A DNA stretch of 64,000 nt from Anaerolineae bacterium (GCA_034432655.1 DAOUBP010000157.1:6874-70873); one strand, 5' to 3'. Numbered from the stretch's first letter, positions 17,046-28,125 are shown. Translations and numbers: made by a program. The notes: generated by a model not told the origin, from the sequence alone.

Positions 17046-19637
17046 CTAGGCCGCGGCCGGCAACGCCGCATTGCCGTCAGACGACGGCGCTTCAACGGCG
17101 GGTGCCGTTATCCCTTTCCTGCGCCGGGCACGCCGCGCGGCCCCGACCTGTGGCGCATCCGCCACGGGCGGCAGCAGCACGCGCGGCAAGATCTCCTCCA
17201 TCCGATCCACCAGGACCAGCTCCAGCTCGCGCTGCACCTGGCGCGGCACGTCAACCAGGTCCTTCTGATTGCGCCGGGGGATCACCACCGTCTTCATGTG
17301 CATACGGTGGGCGGCCATCAATTTCTCTTTAAGGCCGCCGATGGGCAACACCCGGCCGCGCAGGGTGATCTCACCGGTCATCGCCACATCATGGCGGACA
17401 GGGCGACGGCTTAAAGCCGAGATCAAGGCCGCGGCCATGGTGATGCCGGCGCTGGGCCCGTCCTTGGGGATGCTCCCCTCGGGCACATGGATGTGCAGGT
17501 CAATTTTGTCGAAGTCAACCTTCTCGATGCCGAAATCCTTCGCGTGGGCCCGGGCAAAGGTCAACGCGGCCTGAGCCGACTCCTGCATTACCTCGCCGAG
17601 CTGACCGGTTAGCAACAGACTCCCCTTGCCTGGGACCGCCGAAACCTCGACCTGCATCACATCGCCGCCCGCCTCAGTCCAGGCCAGGCCGTTGGCCACC
17701 CCCACCTCATCCGTCTCGTTGGCCAGCCACTCGGAGAATTGCGGCGGGCCCAGGAATTTGTAAACCAGGCTGGGCGTGATGCGCCGCGGCGCCTTCTTAC
17801 CCTCGGCCACGCGGCGGGCAATCTTGCGGCAGATGTTAGCGATCGCCCGCTCCAGGTTACGGACCCCTGCCTCGTAAGTATACTCCCGGATCATCACGCG
17901 CAACGCGGCCGTGCTGAACTGCACCTGGCCGGGCTGCAGGCCATGGGCCTCGAGCTGCCGCGGCACCAGGAACTGCCGCGCGATGGCCAGCTTCTCCTCC
18001 TCGATATACCCCGGAAACTCGATCACCTCCAGGCGGTCACGCAGTGCTGGCGGCACCGGATCCAGGTAGTTCGCCGTGGTGATGAACATCACCTTGCTGA
18101 GATCGTAGGGCACCTCCAGGTAGTGATCGCTGAACGCATGATTTTGTTCTGGGTCCAGCACTTCCAACAACGCCGAAGCCGGGTCCCCGCGGAAGTCCAT
18201 GCCCAGCTTATCAATTTCATCCAGCATGAAAAGCGGGTTGATGGTGCCCGCCGTGTGCATCGTCTGGATGATGCGGCCCGGCAACGCGCCGATGTACGTG
18301 CGCCGGTGCCCGCGGATTTCGGCCTCGTCGCGCACACCGCCCAGGCTCAGCCGCACGAACTTACGCCCCAAAGCCTCGGCAATGGATTTGCCCAGGCTGG
18401 TCTTGCCGGTGCCGGGCGGGCCGACAAAACACAGGATGGGACTCTTCATCTTGTCCTGGGCCAGCTTGCGCACGGCGATGTATTCCAGGATGCGCTCTTT
18501 GACCTTGGGCAAGCCGTAATGATTGCTCTCCAGGATCTTTGCCGCGCGCGCCAGGTCCAGGTTGTCCTCGGTGGCTGTGCTCCACGGTAGCTCCAACAAC
18601 CAGTCTATGTAGTTGCGGACAACCGTGGTCTCCGGTGAGCCGGGCGGGATGGTAGCCAGTTTGGCGATCTCCTTTTCGGCCCGGGCGTGAGCCTCCGGAG
18701 GCAGGCCTGCCTTGGCCAGTTTCTCCCGCAACTCATTGATCTCCTGTTGGACCTCGTCCCCTTCGCCCAACTCAGATTGAATGGCGCGCATCTGCTCGCG
18801 CAGATAGTATTCGCGCTGGCTCTTGTCCACCTCCTGCTGGACCTGGGTCTGGATGCGATCCTCCAGCTCCAACACGTCCAGCTCCTGGCCCAAGATGATG
18901 CTCAGGCGCTGCAGGCGTTGGTTGGCATCCAACATTTCCAGCAACTCCTGGCGCTGTGAAGTCTCCAGGTCCAGGACATGAGCCAGCAGATCGGCCAGGC
19001 TGCCCGGCTCCTTTTCGTTCATCGCTGCGACATAGGCGTCCTCGGGGACGTTGGGGTTGAGGCTGACGACCTTCTCAAACAGCGCCAGCACGGCGCGCAT
19101 CAGCGCTTCGCTGGCCATGTCGTGGCGCTCATCTTCATACAACGGCACCCCGCGCACGCGTAGGTAAGGCTCAGTGTCTATCAGCTCGATGATCCGTACC
19201 CGTTCGATGCCCTGCACCAAGACAGTGGTACCGCCGTCAGGCATGCGCAGGATACGGCCTACCTCGACCGCAGTGCCGATGGTGTACAGGTCGGCGAGAT
19301 CGGGGTTGATGATCTCAGGGTTGCGCTGCGCGACCACCAGCAGCGGCACTTCCATTTCCTCGGCCGCCTCTACGGCGCGCACCGACTGATCACGGCTCAG
19401 GAACAGCGGGGTGACCAGGTTCGGGAACACCACCGTATCGGGCAAAGGCAGGACGGGATACTCGTTGCCCTCCAGCCCCTCCAGGTCGCGGCCAGGTGCA
19501 CGCCGGGGCTCCTGCTCCTTGCGGCTGCGTCGCCGCGCCAAAAGATGAATCAACGGCCATTCAGGCACCATACGCGGGCCGATATTACGATCTAACACGT
19601 TCAAACCTACCTCCACACAAACACGATCCATTCCCAT
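17046..19637 (-). CDS. lon: ATP-dependent Lon protease (LonA)
   Basis: N-terminal LPLPDTVVFP, Walker A GPPGTGKTSLGKS, protease Ser motif DGPSAG. The true start may be an internal Met. Confidence 0.95.
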   Translation of the reverse strand: MGMDRVCVEVGLNVLDRNIGPRMVPEWPLIHLLARRRSRKEQEPRRAPGRDLEGLEGNEYPVLPLPDTVVFPNLVTPLFLSRDQSVRAVEAAEEMEVPLLVVAQRNPEIINPDLADLYTIGTAVEVGRILRMPDGGTTVLVQGIERVRIIELIDTEPYLRVRGVPLYEDERHDMASEALMRAVLALFEKVVSLNPNVPEDAYVAAMNEKEPGSLADLLAHVLDLETSQRQELLEMLDANQRLQRLSIILGQELDVLELEDRIQTQVQQEVDKSQREYYLREQMRAIQSELGEGDEVQQEINELREKLAKAGLPPEAHARAEKEIAKLATIPPGSPETTVVRNYIDWLLELPWSTATEDNLDLARAAKILESNHYGLPKVKERILEYIAVRKLAQDKMKSPILCFVGPPGTGKTSLGKSIAEALGRKFVRLSLGGVRDEAEIRGHRRTYIGALPGRIIQTMHTAGTINPLFMLDEIDKLGMDFRGDPASALLEVLDPEQNHAFSDHYLEVPYDLSKVMFITTANYLDPVPPALRDRLEVIEFPGYIEEEKLAIARQFLVPRQLEAHGLQPGQVQFSTAALRVMIREYTYEAGVRNLERAIANICRKIARRVAEGKKAPRRITPSLVYKFLGPPQFSEWLANETDEVGVANGLAWTEAGGDVMQVEVSAVPGKGSLLLTGQLGEVMQESAQAALTFARAHAKDFGIEKVDFDKIDLHIHVPEGSIPKDGPSAGITMAAALISALSRRPVRHDVAMTGEITLRGRVLPIGGLKEKLMAAHRMHMKTVVIPRRNQKDLVDVPRQVQRELELVLVDRMEEILPRVLLPPVADAPQVGAARRARRRKGITAPAVEAPSSDGNAALPAAA

Positions 19638-19648
19638 TCAGTCACGAT

Positions 19649-21070
19649 TCAGTCCGGCACAGGGGTTCCGGCCGTCTCATCTTCGAACACCCAATCGTCT
19701 GGGGCAAAAGCCTCCGGATGGCGCGCGGCCCAAACCCGACGCGCCTGCGCGACCACAAAGATAGACCCTGTCACACAGATCAAATCATCGGGTTCCGCCC
19801 ACGCCAGCGCTTCGGTGAGCGCGTTGTCAAGATCGGGCTGGACGCTGATGGGGCAGGCTCTGTTCACGCTGCGCACCAGGTCGGCCAGTTGAGCCGGCTG
19901 GGCCGAGCGGGGATGCCCGCTCTTGGTGACGATCACCTTGTCGGCCGGCGGGTAACCCGTTTCACTCTCCGGCGCCAGGAAGGTCCGCAACATGCCGCGG
20001 ATGTCCTTGTCGGCCGAGGCGCCGAAGACGATCGCCAGACGGCGTCGCGCGGGCCGCGGGAAGTAATTCGCCAGCGCAGCCCGCAACTTCTGCGCCGAGT
20101 CTTCATTATGGGCGCTGTCTACCACCAGCGCCGGCCGCTGGTGCAACACCTCGAAACGGCCCGGCCAACGGGCCATCGCCAGCCCCTGCCGCAGCGCCTC
20201 GTCCGAGATCTCCACCCCCTGATCCCGCAACTCGTGCAACATCGCCACCGCTACGGTGGCGTTATCCCGCTGGTGCTGGCCCAGCAGCGCGATGCGCAGC
20301 CCCGCCAGAACCGGCTGACCGCCCGGGCCGGTGATCCTCAAGTATTGGCCCGTCAGGTCGCGGCCATCAGGATCGCAAATCCAGTCCTGGCCGACAACGA
20401 TAAGGCGGGCCCCGGTGTCCTGGCTCACCCGGCGGATCACCGCCATCGCCTCGGGCTCTTGGGGCGCGCTCACCACCGGCACACCGGCTTTGATGATCCC
20501 AGCTTTCTCGAAGGCGATCAAGGACAACGTATGGCCCAACAGCTCCATGTGGTCATAGCTCAGGCTGGTGATGGCACAGACCGCCGGGTGTACCACGTTC
20601 GTGGCATCGAGCCGGCCGCCCAGTCCCACTTCCAGCACCGCCCACTCGACCCCTTGCTCGGCGAAAAACTGAAACGCCAGTGCCGTCATGATCTCAAACG
20701 CGGTGATGTCAGGCGTGGCGTCAATGGCCGGCCGGCAATACGCCAACAGGTCCACCAGCTGGGCCTTGGTCATCAGGGCACCGTTCACACGGATGCGCTC
20801 GCGAAACGTATGGAGATGCGGCGAGGTGAACAGGCCCGTCTTGAACCCGGCCGCGCGCAACACCGACTCCACCATGGCCGAAGTGGACCCTTTGCCTTTG
20901 GTCCCGGCGATGTGCACACACCGAAACCTGTCTTGCGGCCGACCCAACAGCGTCAGGACGTGTTCCATCCGGCTGAGATCAAAGGTCACGGCGTTATACG
21001 GGTACCGCACCTTCTTCTCATAATTCACATAACTAAAAATAGTATCCAGGGCATCCTGATAACGGCCCAT
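19649..21070 (-). CDS. folC: Folylpolyglutamate synthase/dihydrofolate synthase (Mur ligase family)
   Basis: HIAGTKGKGST P-loop and Mur-ligase layout. Confidence 0.9.
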   Translation of the reverse strand: MGRYQDALDTIFSYVNYEKKVRYPYNAVTFDLSRMEHVLTLLGRPQDRFRCVHIAGTKGKGSTSAMVESVLRAAGFKTGLFTSPHLHTFRERIRVNGALMTKAQLVDLLAYCRPAIDATPDITAFEIMTALAFQFFAEQGVEWAVLEVGLGGRLDATNVVHPAVCAITSLSYDHMELLGHTLSLIAFEKAGIIKAGVPVVSAPQEPEAMAVIRRVSQDTGARLIVVGQDWICDPDGRDLTGQYLRITGPGGQPVLAGLRIALLGQHQRDNATVAVAMLHELRDQGVEISDEALRQGLAMARWPGRFEVLHQRPALVVDSAHNEDSAQKLRAALANYFPRPARRRLAIVFGASADKDIRGMLRTFLAPESETGYPPADKVIVTKSGHPRSAQPAQLADLVRSVNRACPISVQPDLDNALTEALAWAEPDDLICVTGSIFVVAQARRVWAARHPEAFAPDDWVFEDETAGTPVPD

Positions 21071-21220
21071 CCAAAACGCTCCACCGGCTGATATCGCACC
21101 CCTGCGTATGCCGAAGTGTTCAAAAGATTATTTTAGCGCAAGCAAACACAAAACACAAACGGCTTGCTGATTCATGCCTCTGATGGCATAATCGAGGCGA
21201 CAAAACGCTCCGAGGAGAAA

Positions 21221-24085
21221 GTGCGCAAACATCTTTGGGTTCTTGTGCTCTACGCCTTGCTCAGCCTGCTGCTCACCTGGCCCACGGCAGCGCACTTCAG
21301 CACCCACGTGCCCGGCGACGGCATTGACGATCCCTCTCTCGCGTGGAACCTTTGGTGGGTCAAATATGCCCTGGTGGATCGGCCGCAGAATCCGTTTAGC
21401 TGCACCTGGCAGTTCTGGCCGATTGGGATCAATCTGGCCTTCTATACGCTGACGGTTCTCAACGGGCTGCTCAGCGTGCCGTGGCAGGTGGTCTTCGGCG
21501 TGGTGCCCGCCTATAACATCCTGCTGCTGTCGTCGTTTGTCTTGAGCGGGCTCGGCGCCTATTTGCTGAGCCTGGATTTCCTGAAGCGTCATTCACACAG
21601 CGCGTCTGCCCACCGTCCTGCTCAGGATGTTTCCCCAGGCCATTCTGATGGCACAAAGGGCCCAGAGAAACAAGGGGAGCTGCGGGTGCTGGCCGCCGCG
21701 TTTGTCGGCGGCGCGTTCTATGCGTTTGCGTCGGCCAAGATGTTCTACGCAGCGTTGGGCCAGGGCAACATCGCCAGCTCACAGTGGATCCCTTTTGCGG
21801 CGCTGTACATCCTGCGGGCTACCCGGGCCGACGGCAAGCCGCGGGAAGCGTGGCTGGCAGCGCTTTTCCTGATCCTCCAGGCCTACGCGGAGATGACCTA
21901 TGCGTCGTTCCTGGTGGTATTTGCGGCCCTGTGCGTGTTGCGTACTGCGTACAGCGTATTGCGTACGAAATACAGAATACGAAGTGCGCAGTACGCAGTA
22001 CAGAATACGGAATACACGGTACGCAATCCGCAATCCGCAATCCCCAATCCCCAATCCATCATCCTCCGCCTTGCGCTCTTCGCCCTGATCTTCGCCGTGG
22101 GGATCGCGCCGATCCTGGCCAACATGCTGCCCGACCTGCGGGCCGAGGGCGATTTCTTCACCTCCGGGGGCGGGTTTGCCGACATCTTTTCGGCCGATCT
22201 GGCGGGCTATCTGGTGCCCACGCAGCTCCATCCGGTGTTGGGCGGCCTGGTGCGGCAGTGGTCGAACAATGCCATGCCGCAACCGGACGGCCGCCACTTC
22301 GCGGTGGATAAAGGACAGCAGATCTATTTGGGCTATGTCGCGCTCGCCCTGGCGGGGGTGGGGGGTTGGCACGGCCGGCGCCGCGGCGGGACATGGTTCT
22401 GGGCCGCGGCGGCCGCGCTTTTCTTCCTGCTTACCCTGGGGCCCTCTTTGCGTATCGCCGGCCAGGATACCGGTATCCCCTTGCCTTTTCGGATTATGGA
22501 ACAATTGCCGTTTTTCAAAGGGAACCGCTATCCCAGCCGCTACAGCGTCATGCTGTTGGTAAGCCTGGCCCCACTGGTCGCGGCGGGGGTGGATCGGGTG
22601 ATTGCCTGGGCGGACCGTAGACGGCAGGCGGCAGATGGCAGATGGCGGATAGTTTCCTCTTTTCCTTTTCTCCTTCTCCTGCTCCTCCTCTTCGAGCACC
22701 TCTCCGTGCCGCTGCCCGTCTTCGACCTGCGGGTGCCAGCACTTTACGACCGGGTCGCGGCCGAGCCGGGCGATTTCGCCTTGTTGGAGCTGCCCCTGGG
22801 CTGGCGCAACGGTGCGCGTGTCGCCGGCAAGCAAGACATCGTGATCATGCAGCAGCTGTGGTATCAAACCCGACATGGCAAACGGCTGCTGGGCGGCAAC
22901 ACCTCGCGCAACCCGGAGTATAAGTTCCAGTATTTCAGCGAGGACCCCACTCTGGCGCGGCTTATCGCCGTGATCAACGCCGCTGACCTGCCGCAACACA
23001 CTGCACTGCGCGCCGCCCTGGCTGCGCGGCCCGTCACCGAGGCCGAACGGGCCGCAGCGCGCGCCTGGGCAGCCCTGCTGGAGGTCCGCTACGTCATGGT
23101 ACACCGGGACAAACTGCCTGCCGAGGCCGAGGCGTTGGCGCGTGACCTTCTGCCGCTGGACCTGGTGGCCGAGGAGGGGAGCCTGGCCCTCTACCGGCTC
23201 AGCCGACCGCTGGCCCCACCGGTGCAATTCTTGCCCGGTAGTGACACGGGGCGGCGCGTCCTCGGCGAGGGCTGGAGCCCACCCCCGTTCGACCCCGGCC
23301 AGGCGCCGGGGCCTGTCTACGCGCAACGGAAGGAAGCCCGCCTGCTGTTGCCGTTGCCCACAGCAGAAGCAACGCTCTTGCTGTCCGGCCAGGCGCTGAC
23401 CGCCGGGCAGACCGTGACCCTGATCGTCAACGGACACCGGATCGGTACGCAACCGTGGCCGCCAGAGCCCACAGCTCTGGCGTTCACCGTGCCGGCCGAC
23501 CCGACACGTCCGCCCTTGAGCGATGTGCGCTTACGCTTCGCCCGCGTCGCACCCCAGGCCGGGTTCGCCGGTGAACGCCGTGCCGTCGGGGTGCTCATCC
23601 GCAGCGCAGGCCAGGAAACAGGCGATTTCGCGCACATCTACATCGCCGGCCAGGACAGGTCACCTAACCGCCGCGGCTATAACCTGGTGGCCTTCGACCC
23701 GGGCCAGGGCCAGGTGGTGGCCGCGGCCGCCTTTGACACCCATGCCGATCCCGCCGCCGGCGCTGCGCTGGCCCGGTGGGTGGCAGCGCTGCCCGCAGGG
23801 CTGACGGTGGCGGGCGCCGTGCGCGATGAGGCCGCGATGAACCTTACCGAGGAGGCGGTTACAGCCTTGCGCAGCCTGGGGGTGATAAACGACTTGCGCG
23901 GCCATTTCCGCTGGGGCCATGCCTTCCTGGGCCAAAAGGGCGCCGCAGCCGGCACCGCGGTCGAGGCCCTGGACGGCCTCCGGCCTGCCCAGATACAGGT
24001 CGCGCCGGCGCTCAGCGCGACCGCTGCGGCCGTGACCCTGACGCAGATCGAGATCATCCCCAGCACCACGCGAATCGTCCAGTAA
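21221..24085 (+). CDS. Large polytopic membrane protein with C-terminal ILEI/FAM3-like domain (putative glycosyltransferase-associated); carries an in-frame heptad-repeat insertion
   Basis: More than 10 TM segments. PGDGIDDPSLAWNLWW N-terminal motif. C-terminal ...YIAGQDRSPNRRGYNLVAFDPGQGQVV... Start at GTG 21221 after GAGGAG. Confidence 0.55.
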   Translation: MRKHLWVLVLYALLSLLLTWPTAAHFSTHVPGDGIDDPSLAWNLWWVKYALVDRPQNPFSCTWQFWPIGINLAFYTLTVLNGLLSVPWQVVFGVVPAYNILLLSSFVLSGLGAYLLSLDFLKRHSHSASAHRPAQDVSPGHSDGTKGPEKQGELRVLAAAFVGGAFYAFASAKMFYAALGQGNIASSQWIPFAALYILRATRADGKPREAWLAALFLILQAYAEMTYASFLVVFAALCVLRTAYSVLRTKYRIRSAQYAVQNTEYTVRNPQSAIPNPQSIILRLALFALIFAVGIAPILANMLPDLRAEGDFFTSGGGFADIFSADLAGYLVPTQLHPVLGGLVRQWSNNAMPQPDGRHFAVDKGQQIYLGYVALALAGVGGWHGRRRGGTWFWAAAAALFFLLTLGPSLRIAGQDTGIPLPFRIMEQLPFFKGNRYPSRYSVMLLVSLAPLVAAGVDRVIAWADRRRQAADGRWRIVSSFPFLLLLLLLFEHLSVPLPVFDLRVPALYDRVAAEPGDFALLELPLGWRNGARVAGKQDIVIMQQLWYQTRHGKRLLGGNTSRNPEYKFQYFSEDPTLARLIAVINAADLPQHTALRAALAARPVTEAERAAARAWAALLEVRYVMVHRDKLPAEAEALARDLLPLDLVAEEGSLALYRLSRPLAPPVQFLPGSDTGRRVLGEGWSPPPFDPGQAPGPVYAQRKEARLLLPLPTAEATLLLSGQALTAGQTVTLIVNGHRIGTQPWPPEPTALAFTVPADPTRPPLSDVRLRFARVAPQAGFAGERRAVGVLIRSAGQETGDFAHIYIAGQDRSPNRRGYNLVAFDPGQGQVVAAAAFDTHADPAAGAALARWVAALPAGLTVAGAVRDEAAMNLTEEAVTALRSLGVINDLRGHFRWGHAFLGQKGAAAGTAVEALDGLRPAQIQVAPALSATAAAVTLTQIEIIPSTTRIVQ
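21931..22058 (+). repeat. Heptad tandem repeats (TGCGTAC, TACGCAG, CGCAATC, CCCAATC) inside CDS 21221..24085
   Basis: Encodes LRTAYSVLRTKYRIRSAQYAVQNTEYTVRNPQSAIPNPQSII in frame. Confidence 0.75.
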
Positions 24086-24140
24086 TTCGCAGTTGCATTT
24101 TGGGGTGTGATACGCTATCATGCGGCGGGCAGGAGCCCGG

Positions 24141-24788
24141 CTACCAGGGCGATACCGCTGACTCAATCGCCGGGGTCGGCGTGGGCACGACGACCCGCTC
24201 GGGACCGGATGTTTCCGGGGCTGCCGATACGGGAGGCGCGCTCCAGCCAGTGGAACCGACGGCTGGGCCTGGCGTGGCGACAACAGCCGGGGGCGCCGAC
24301 GCAGCGGCCCCTCTGGTTGTGAGGACCTGTCCCACGCGGATGACGTCCGAGCGCAAGCCGTTCCACCGCTTGAGACTGGTCACGCTCACGCCGCAGCGCC
24401 GGGCGATTTTCGCCAGGGTATCGCCCGCCCGTACCGTATAGTACAGGGGACACCCTGCGTTCCCGGGGCTGCTGGCCGCACTCACCGGCACGGCCAAGGC
24501 AGCGCCAGCCGGCATGACAAGCCGCTGGCCGGGGTAGATAATGGCGTCCAAGCGCAACCCGTTGGCCTGCGCCAGCTGAACTGTGGAGACACCACAACGC
24601 CCGGCGATTGCGGACAGGGTGTCGCCGGCACGCACCACGTAATACGGGATACAGCCGCCGGCGCGATTGATTGTCGGGCCGACGGCGCCAGGTGGGGTCG
24701 CTCTAGCCACCGACGGCAATCCGAAGGAGGCTAAGCCCGCCACGATGAGAAACGCCAACACGCCCGGCAGAGGAGAACGGTGGCTCAT
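24141..24788 (-). CDS. LysM domain-containing secreted protein (3 LysM repeats)
   Basis: YVVRAGDTLSAIAGRCGVS and YTVRAGDTLAKIARRCGVS LysM repeats. Signal peptide from MSHRSPLP. Confidence 0.8.
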   Translation of the reverse strand: MSHRSPLPGVLAFLIVAGLASFGLPSVARATPPGAVGPTINRAGGCIPYYVVRAGDTLSAIAGRCGVSTVQLAQANGLRLDAIIYPGQRLVMPAGAALAVPVSAASSPGNAGCPLYYTVRAGDTLAKIARRCGVSVTSLKRWNGLRSDVIRVGQVLTTRGAAASAPPAVVATPGPAVGSTGWSAPPVSAAPETSGPERVVVPTPTPAIESAVSPW

Positions 24789-24909
24789 GGACTTGTCCTC
24801 CTTTGAAGATGACGTTCGCCGCCCATGTGCAGGGTCTTGTAGGTGCATTCCGTCATCTAAAATAACTATATCACATTTCAATTCAGATTACAATAGCATT
24901 TATTTGAAA

Positions 24910-27900
24910 TTGCAAAGGCAAAATCATGAGAGGCTGTGGCGCATCGGCATCTGGCTCCTGATGGCAGTGCTGGTCTGGTTGCCGTCCACCGGCCAGGCAG
25001 CCGAGGAGCTCGCCTCCCTGTGGACGACCTTCACTGTGGAAGATGGCCTGCGCTCGGGGAATATCCTGTCCATCCTGGTGGCGCAAGACGGCACGCTTTG
25101 GTTCGGGACCGATGCCGGGGCGGGGCACTATGACGGGAGCTGGCGATGGCTGACTGAGGCAGATCGTCTGCCGGCAGGCAGAGTGCACGCCATGGCACAA
25201 ACGGCAGACGGGGCGCTGTGGTTTGCGACCAGCGCAGGGCTGGCCAGGCTGACGCCCGATGCCCCTTGTTGCACCGTATGGACAACGGCTCTCGGGCTGC
25301 CGTCGGACGACGTTCTCAGCCTGGTCGCTGCCTCTTACCCGGCAACCGACAATAAACGTCCGGGGGTTTGGGTCGGCACGGCCGGAGGTCTGGCTTACGT
25401 AGATCCACAACAGGTGACGGTTGAACGCGAGGTGCCGCCTGCAGGCATCTCAGCATTGGCGCTGGGCAGCGACGGCGTGCTGTTGGCGGGCGTCCGGGGC
25501 CGCGGTGTGTGGCAGCGCAGCCCCGCTGGCCGTTGGCAAGAACCGGAAGACACCGGGCTGTTCACAGGGGATATCTACGCGCTGTTGCCGGAGGCAGACG
25601 GCACCCTCTGGGCCGGGACGACAAACGGCCTGTTGCTGCGCCGGCCGGGCGCTCCGTGGGAGCGTTTTCCCCTGACTGAGGGCAATCGGGTCCTGCCGGT
25701 CTTCGCCCTCGTACGGGATCCCCATGGCGGATTGTGGGCAGCCACCGATCAAGGGATCTATTATGACCCGGACGCCAGGGCCGACGGCCTGCCCGTAACC
25801 CACATCCGCGCCGGCCAGGGCAGCCTGGTGAACGACTACGTACGCGCGTTGGCCCTCGACCGCGATAACGCCCTCTGGTTAGGCACCATCGGCGGGGTGA
25901 ACCGCTACACGGGTCTGATCTGGCACGTGATAACCGATGAACCCTTGTCTGGCCAGCGGATCAACGCCGTGTTGACCGACCATGCCGGCCGCGTTTGGAT
26001 CGCCACCGAGAACAACGGCCTGGTGCTGCGTGACCGCACGCGCTGGCGCCACATCACGGCCCCCGAAAGCCTGCCCGACAACCGTGCGGTAACCCTGTTC
26101 GAAGACGATACCGGCCGGGTATGGGTTGCCACCGGCACGGCGGTCGGCCGGCTGGCCGAAAACAATGGCTCGTGGCGCTTCGAGCCGCTGGATACCCGCG
26201 GCCTGATCGGCCTGCCCGTCTTCGCGTTCGCGCAAGATACCCGCGGCGGCCTGTGGCTGGGGGGCGAACAGGGAGCGGCGCGCTGGACAGCGCAGGAGGG
26301 CATCCAACGGGTCGTCGAACTGGAGGGCCAGCGTGTCAACGCGATCTATCAGGCGCAGGACGGCGTCCTGTGGTTCGGCACCCGAGGGGACGGCCTGATC
26401 CGCCGGGTCAACGGCCAGTGGCAGGCGCTGGCCGGCGCACCTGGCGGCGTGACGGTCAACGACGTGGTGGTCAACGGCATCGGCCAGACCGCTGATGGCA
26501 GCCTGTGGGTCGGCACGTATAACGACGGCCTGTGGCGGTTCCATGCTGGTCTGTGGGAACGCAACGACATGAACCTGGCCAGCCCCAAAATCCTGGCCCT
26601 GCACGCTGTGGAAGACGGCCTCTGGGTGGGCACCCGCCAGGGGCTGTCGCATTTTGACGGGCTCACCTGGCAAAGCTACCGGGGAGATGCGCTCCCGGGA
26701 TCCTGGGTAACTGCGTTGGCGGCGGAGAGGGCCGGCGCGGTCTGGATCGGCACCACGGCCGGCCTGGTGCAATACCGGCCCGAAAAAACCGCTCCCTGGG
26801 TGCAGATCGAAGCAGTGAACCTGGAAAAACCCAAGAACGGTTACCTTGCGCTCAGGGAGGACAGGTTGCGCAGCATACTCCTCCGCGCGGGCGACCTGGC
26901 CACGCGTCCCGGCGACCTGGTGTACCTGACGCAAATCGAAGGGCTCGAAAACGCCCCCCGCGTCCATACCACGCCCCAGATTGCCGCCTATAGCAGCCTG
27001 GCCCTGGCGCCGGGCACCTACGTGCTGCGAGTGATGGCCCGCGATGCCGCCTTCAACTATTCCCGGCCGGCCGAACTGAGCATTACGGTGCCGCGCATGG
27101 TGGTCTTGCCCGGCGGGCACAAGGTGCGCGCCGTCCTGTTCTATCCGCTGCTGACAGCCGGTGCGTTGATCCTGACAGGCCTCGGTATCACCAGCGGCAT
27201 CGGCCTGCGCGCCCGCGCCCGGGCTCGTCGGCTGACGGCAGAGAAAGCACAGCGACAGCGCGAGGCGCTGGCACGTGGCTTCAACCCTTACATCTCGGGC
27301 GAGCCGATCCGCGAACCGGACATGTTCTTCGGCCGCGAAGCGTTGTTACAGCGCGTCTTCAACGCCCTTCATCAAAACAGCATCATGATCCACGGCGAAC
27401 GGCGCATGGGCAAGACCACCCTGCTCTATCAGCTGGCCGACCTGCTGCGCCAGACCGACGATCCCGAGTGGATGTTCGTGCCGGTGTATGTTGATCTGGA
27501 GGGCACGCCGGAGCAACGTTTCTTCCATCAGTTGATAGAGGCGATCTGGAGCGCCCTGCAGAGCTACCTGAAAGGGACGGCCCTCCCGCTACGCTTCCAG
27601 ACCGCAACGCCGGAAGCCTACAGCGATCGCGATTTTGCAGCCGACCTCCGGCTTGTGCTGGACAAGATGAAGGAGGCGGTTGCGCCGCGCACGCTGCGCG
27701 TGATCCTGCTGATGGATGAAATGGATGTCGTCAGCAGCTACAACACGCTGACACAACAACAGTTTCGCCGTATACTGATGAGCTCCCTGGCCACCCATCT
27801 GGGCGCTGTGGTGGCGGGGGTGCACATCAGCAAAGATTGGGACCGCCTGGAAAGTCCCTGGTACAACCTGTTCAACGAGGTCGCCCTGGAACCGTTCAGC

Positions 27901-28125
27901 CCTGAGGAAGCACGCGAACTGCTGACCGAGCCGGTGCGCGGCATCTACGAATGGGAACCGGAGGCCCTCGAAACCGTGATCCGTAGGGCAGGGGGCCGGC
28001 CGCATCGCCTCCAACAGTACGCCCTGGAGGCCGTCAACCGGATGCTGGCGGATGGCCGGCTGCGGATTACCCTGGCGGACGTGGAGGCGGCACACGAAAT
28101 CATCGAACGCTCGTACGGGCCCTGA
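24910..28125 (+). CDS. Membrane receptor: periplasmic two-component-regulator propeller (Reg_prop repeats) + Y_Y_Y domain, single TM, cytoplasmic STAND/AAA-like P-loop NTPase
   Basis: Repeated W(F/V)GT..GL..YDG propeller repeats. Y_Y_Y (PGTYVLRVMARDAAFNYSRP). TM AVLFYPLLTAGALILTGL. NTPase NPYISGEPI...FFGRE...HGERRMGKTTLLYQL. Start uncertain (TTG near 24910 or ATG 24961). Confidence 0.7.
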   Translation: MQRQNHERLWRIGIWLLMAVLVWLPSTGQAAEELASLWTTFTVEDGLRSGNILSILVAQDGTLWFGTDAGAGHYDGSWRWLTEADRLPAGRVHAMAQTADGALWFATSAGLARLTPDAPCCTVWTTALGLPSDDVLSLVAASYPATDNKRPGVWVGTAGGLAYVDPQQVTVEREVPPAGISALALGSDGVLLAGVRGRGVWQRSPAGRWQEPEDTGLFTGDIYALLPEADGTLWAGTTNGLLLRRPGAPWERFPLTEGNRVLPVFALVRDPHGGLWAATDQGIYYDPDARADGLPVTHIRAGQGSLVNDYVRALALDRDNALWLGTIGGVNRYTGLIWHVITDEPLSGQRINAVLTDHAGRVWIATENNGLVLRDRTRWRHITAPESLPDNRAVTLFEDDTGRVWVATGTAVGRLAENNGSWRFEPLDTRGLIGLPVFAFAQDTRGGLWLGGEQGAARWTAQEGIQRVVELEGQRVNAIYQAQDGVLWFGTRGDGLIRRVNGQWQALAGAPGGVTVNDVVVNGIGQTADGSLWVGTYNDGLWRFHAGLWERNDMNLASPKILALHAVEDGLWVGTRQGLSHFDGLTWQSYRGDALPGSWVTALAAERAGAVWIGTTAGLVQYRPEKTAPWVQIEAVNLEKPKNGYLALREDRLRSILLRAGDLATRPGDLVYLTQIEGLENAPRVHTTPQIAAYSSLALAPGTYVLRVMARDAAFNYSRPAELSITVPRMVVLPGGHKVRAVLFYPLLTAGALILTGLGITSGIGLRARARARRLTAEKAQRQREALARGFNPYISGEPIREPDMFFGREALLQRVFNALHQNSIMIHGERRMGKTTLLYQLADLLRQTDDPEWMFVPVYVDLEGTPEQRFFHQLIEAIWSALQSYLKGTALPLRFQTATPEAYSDRDFAADLRLVLDKMKEAVAPRTLRVILLMDEMDVVSSYNTLTQQQFRRILMSSLATHLGAVVAGVHISKDWDRLESPWYNLFNEVALEPFSPEEARELLTEPVRGIYEWEPEALETVIRRAGGRPHRLQQYALEAVNRMLADGRLRITLADVEAAHEIIERSYGP

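Noticed and set aside
16839-19389. Multiple plus-strand ORFs antisense to lon (16839..17414, 17739..18590, 18687..18959 and others)
   Set aside because: Antisense frames of a well-supported Lon gene. Compositionally biased with no domain signatures.
24667-24909. Upstream 5' extension of the receptor gene ORF
   Set aside because: It overlaps the opposite-strand LysM gene and precedes the signal/TM segment. The start was moved to about 24910.
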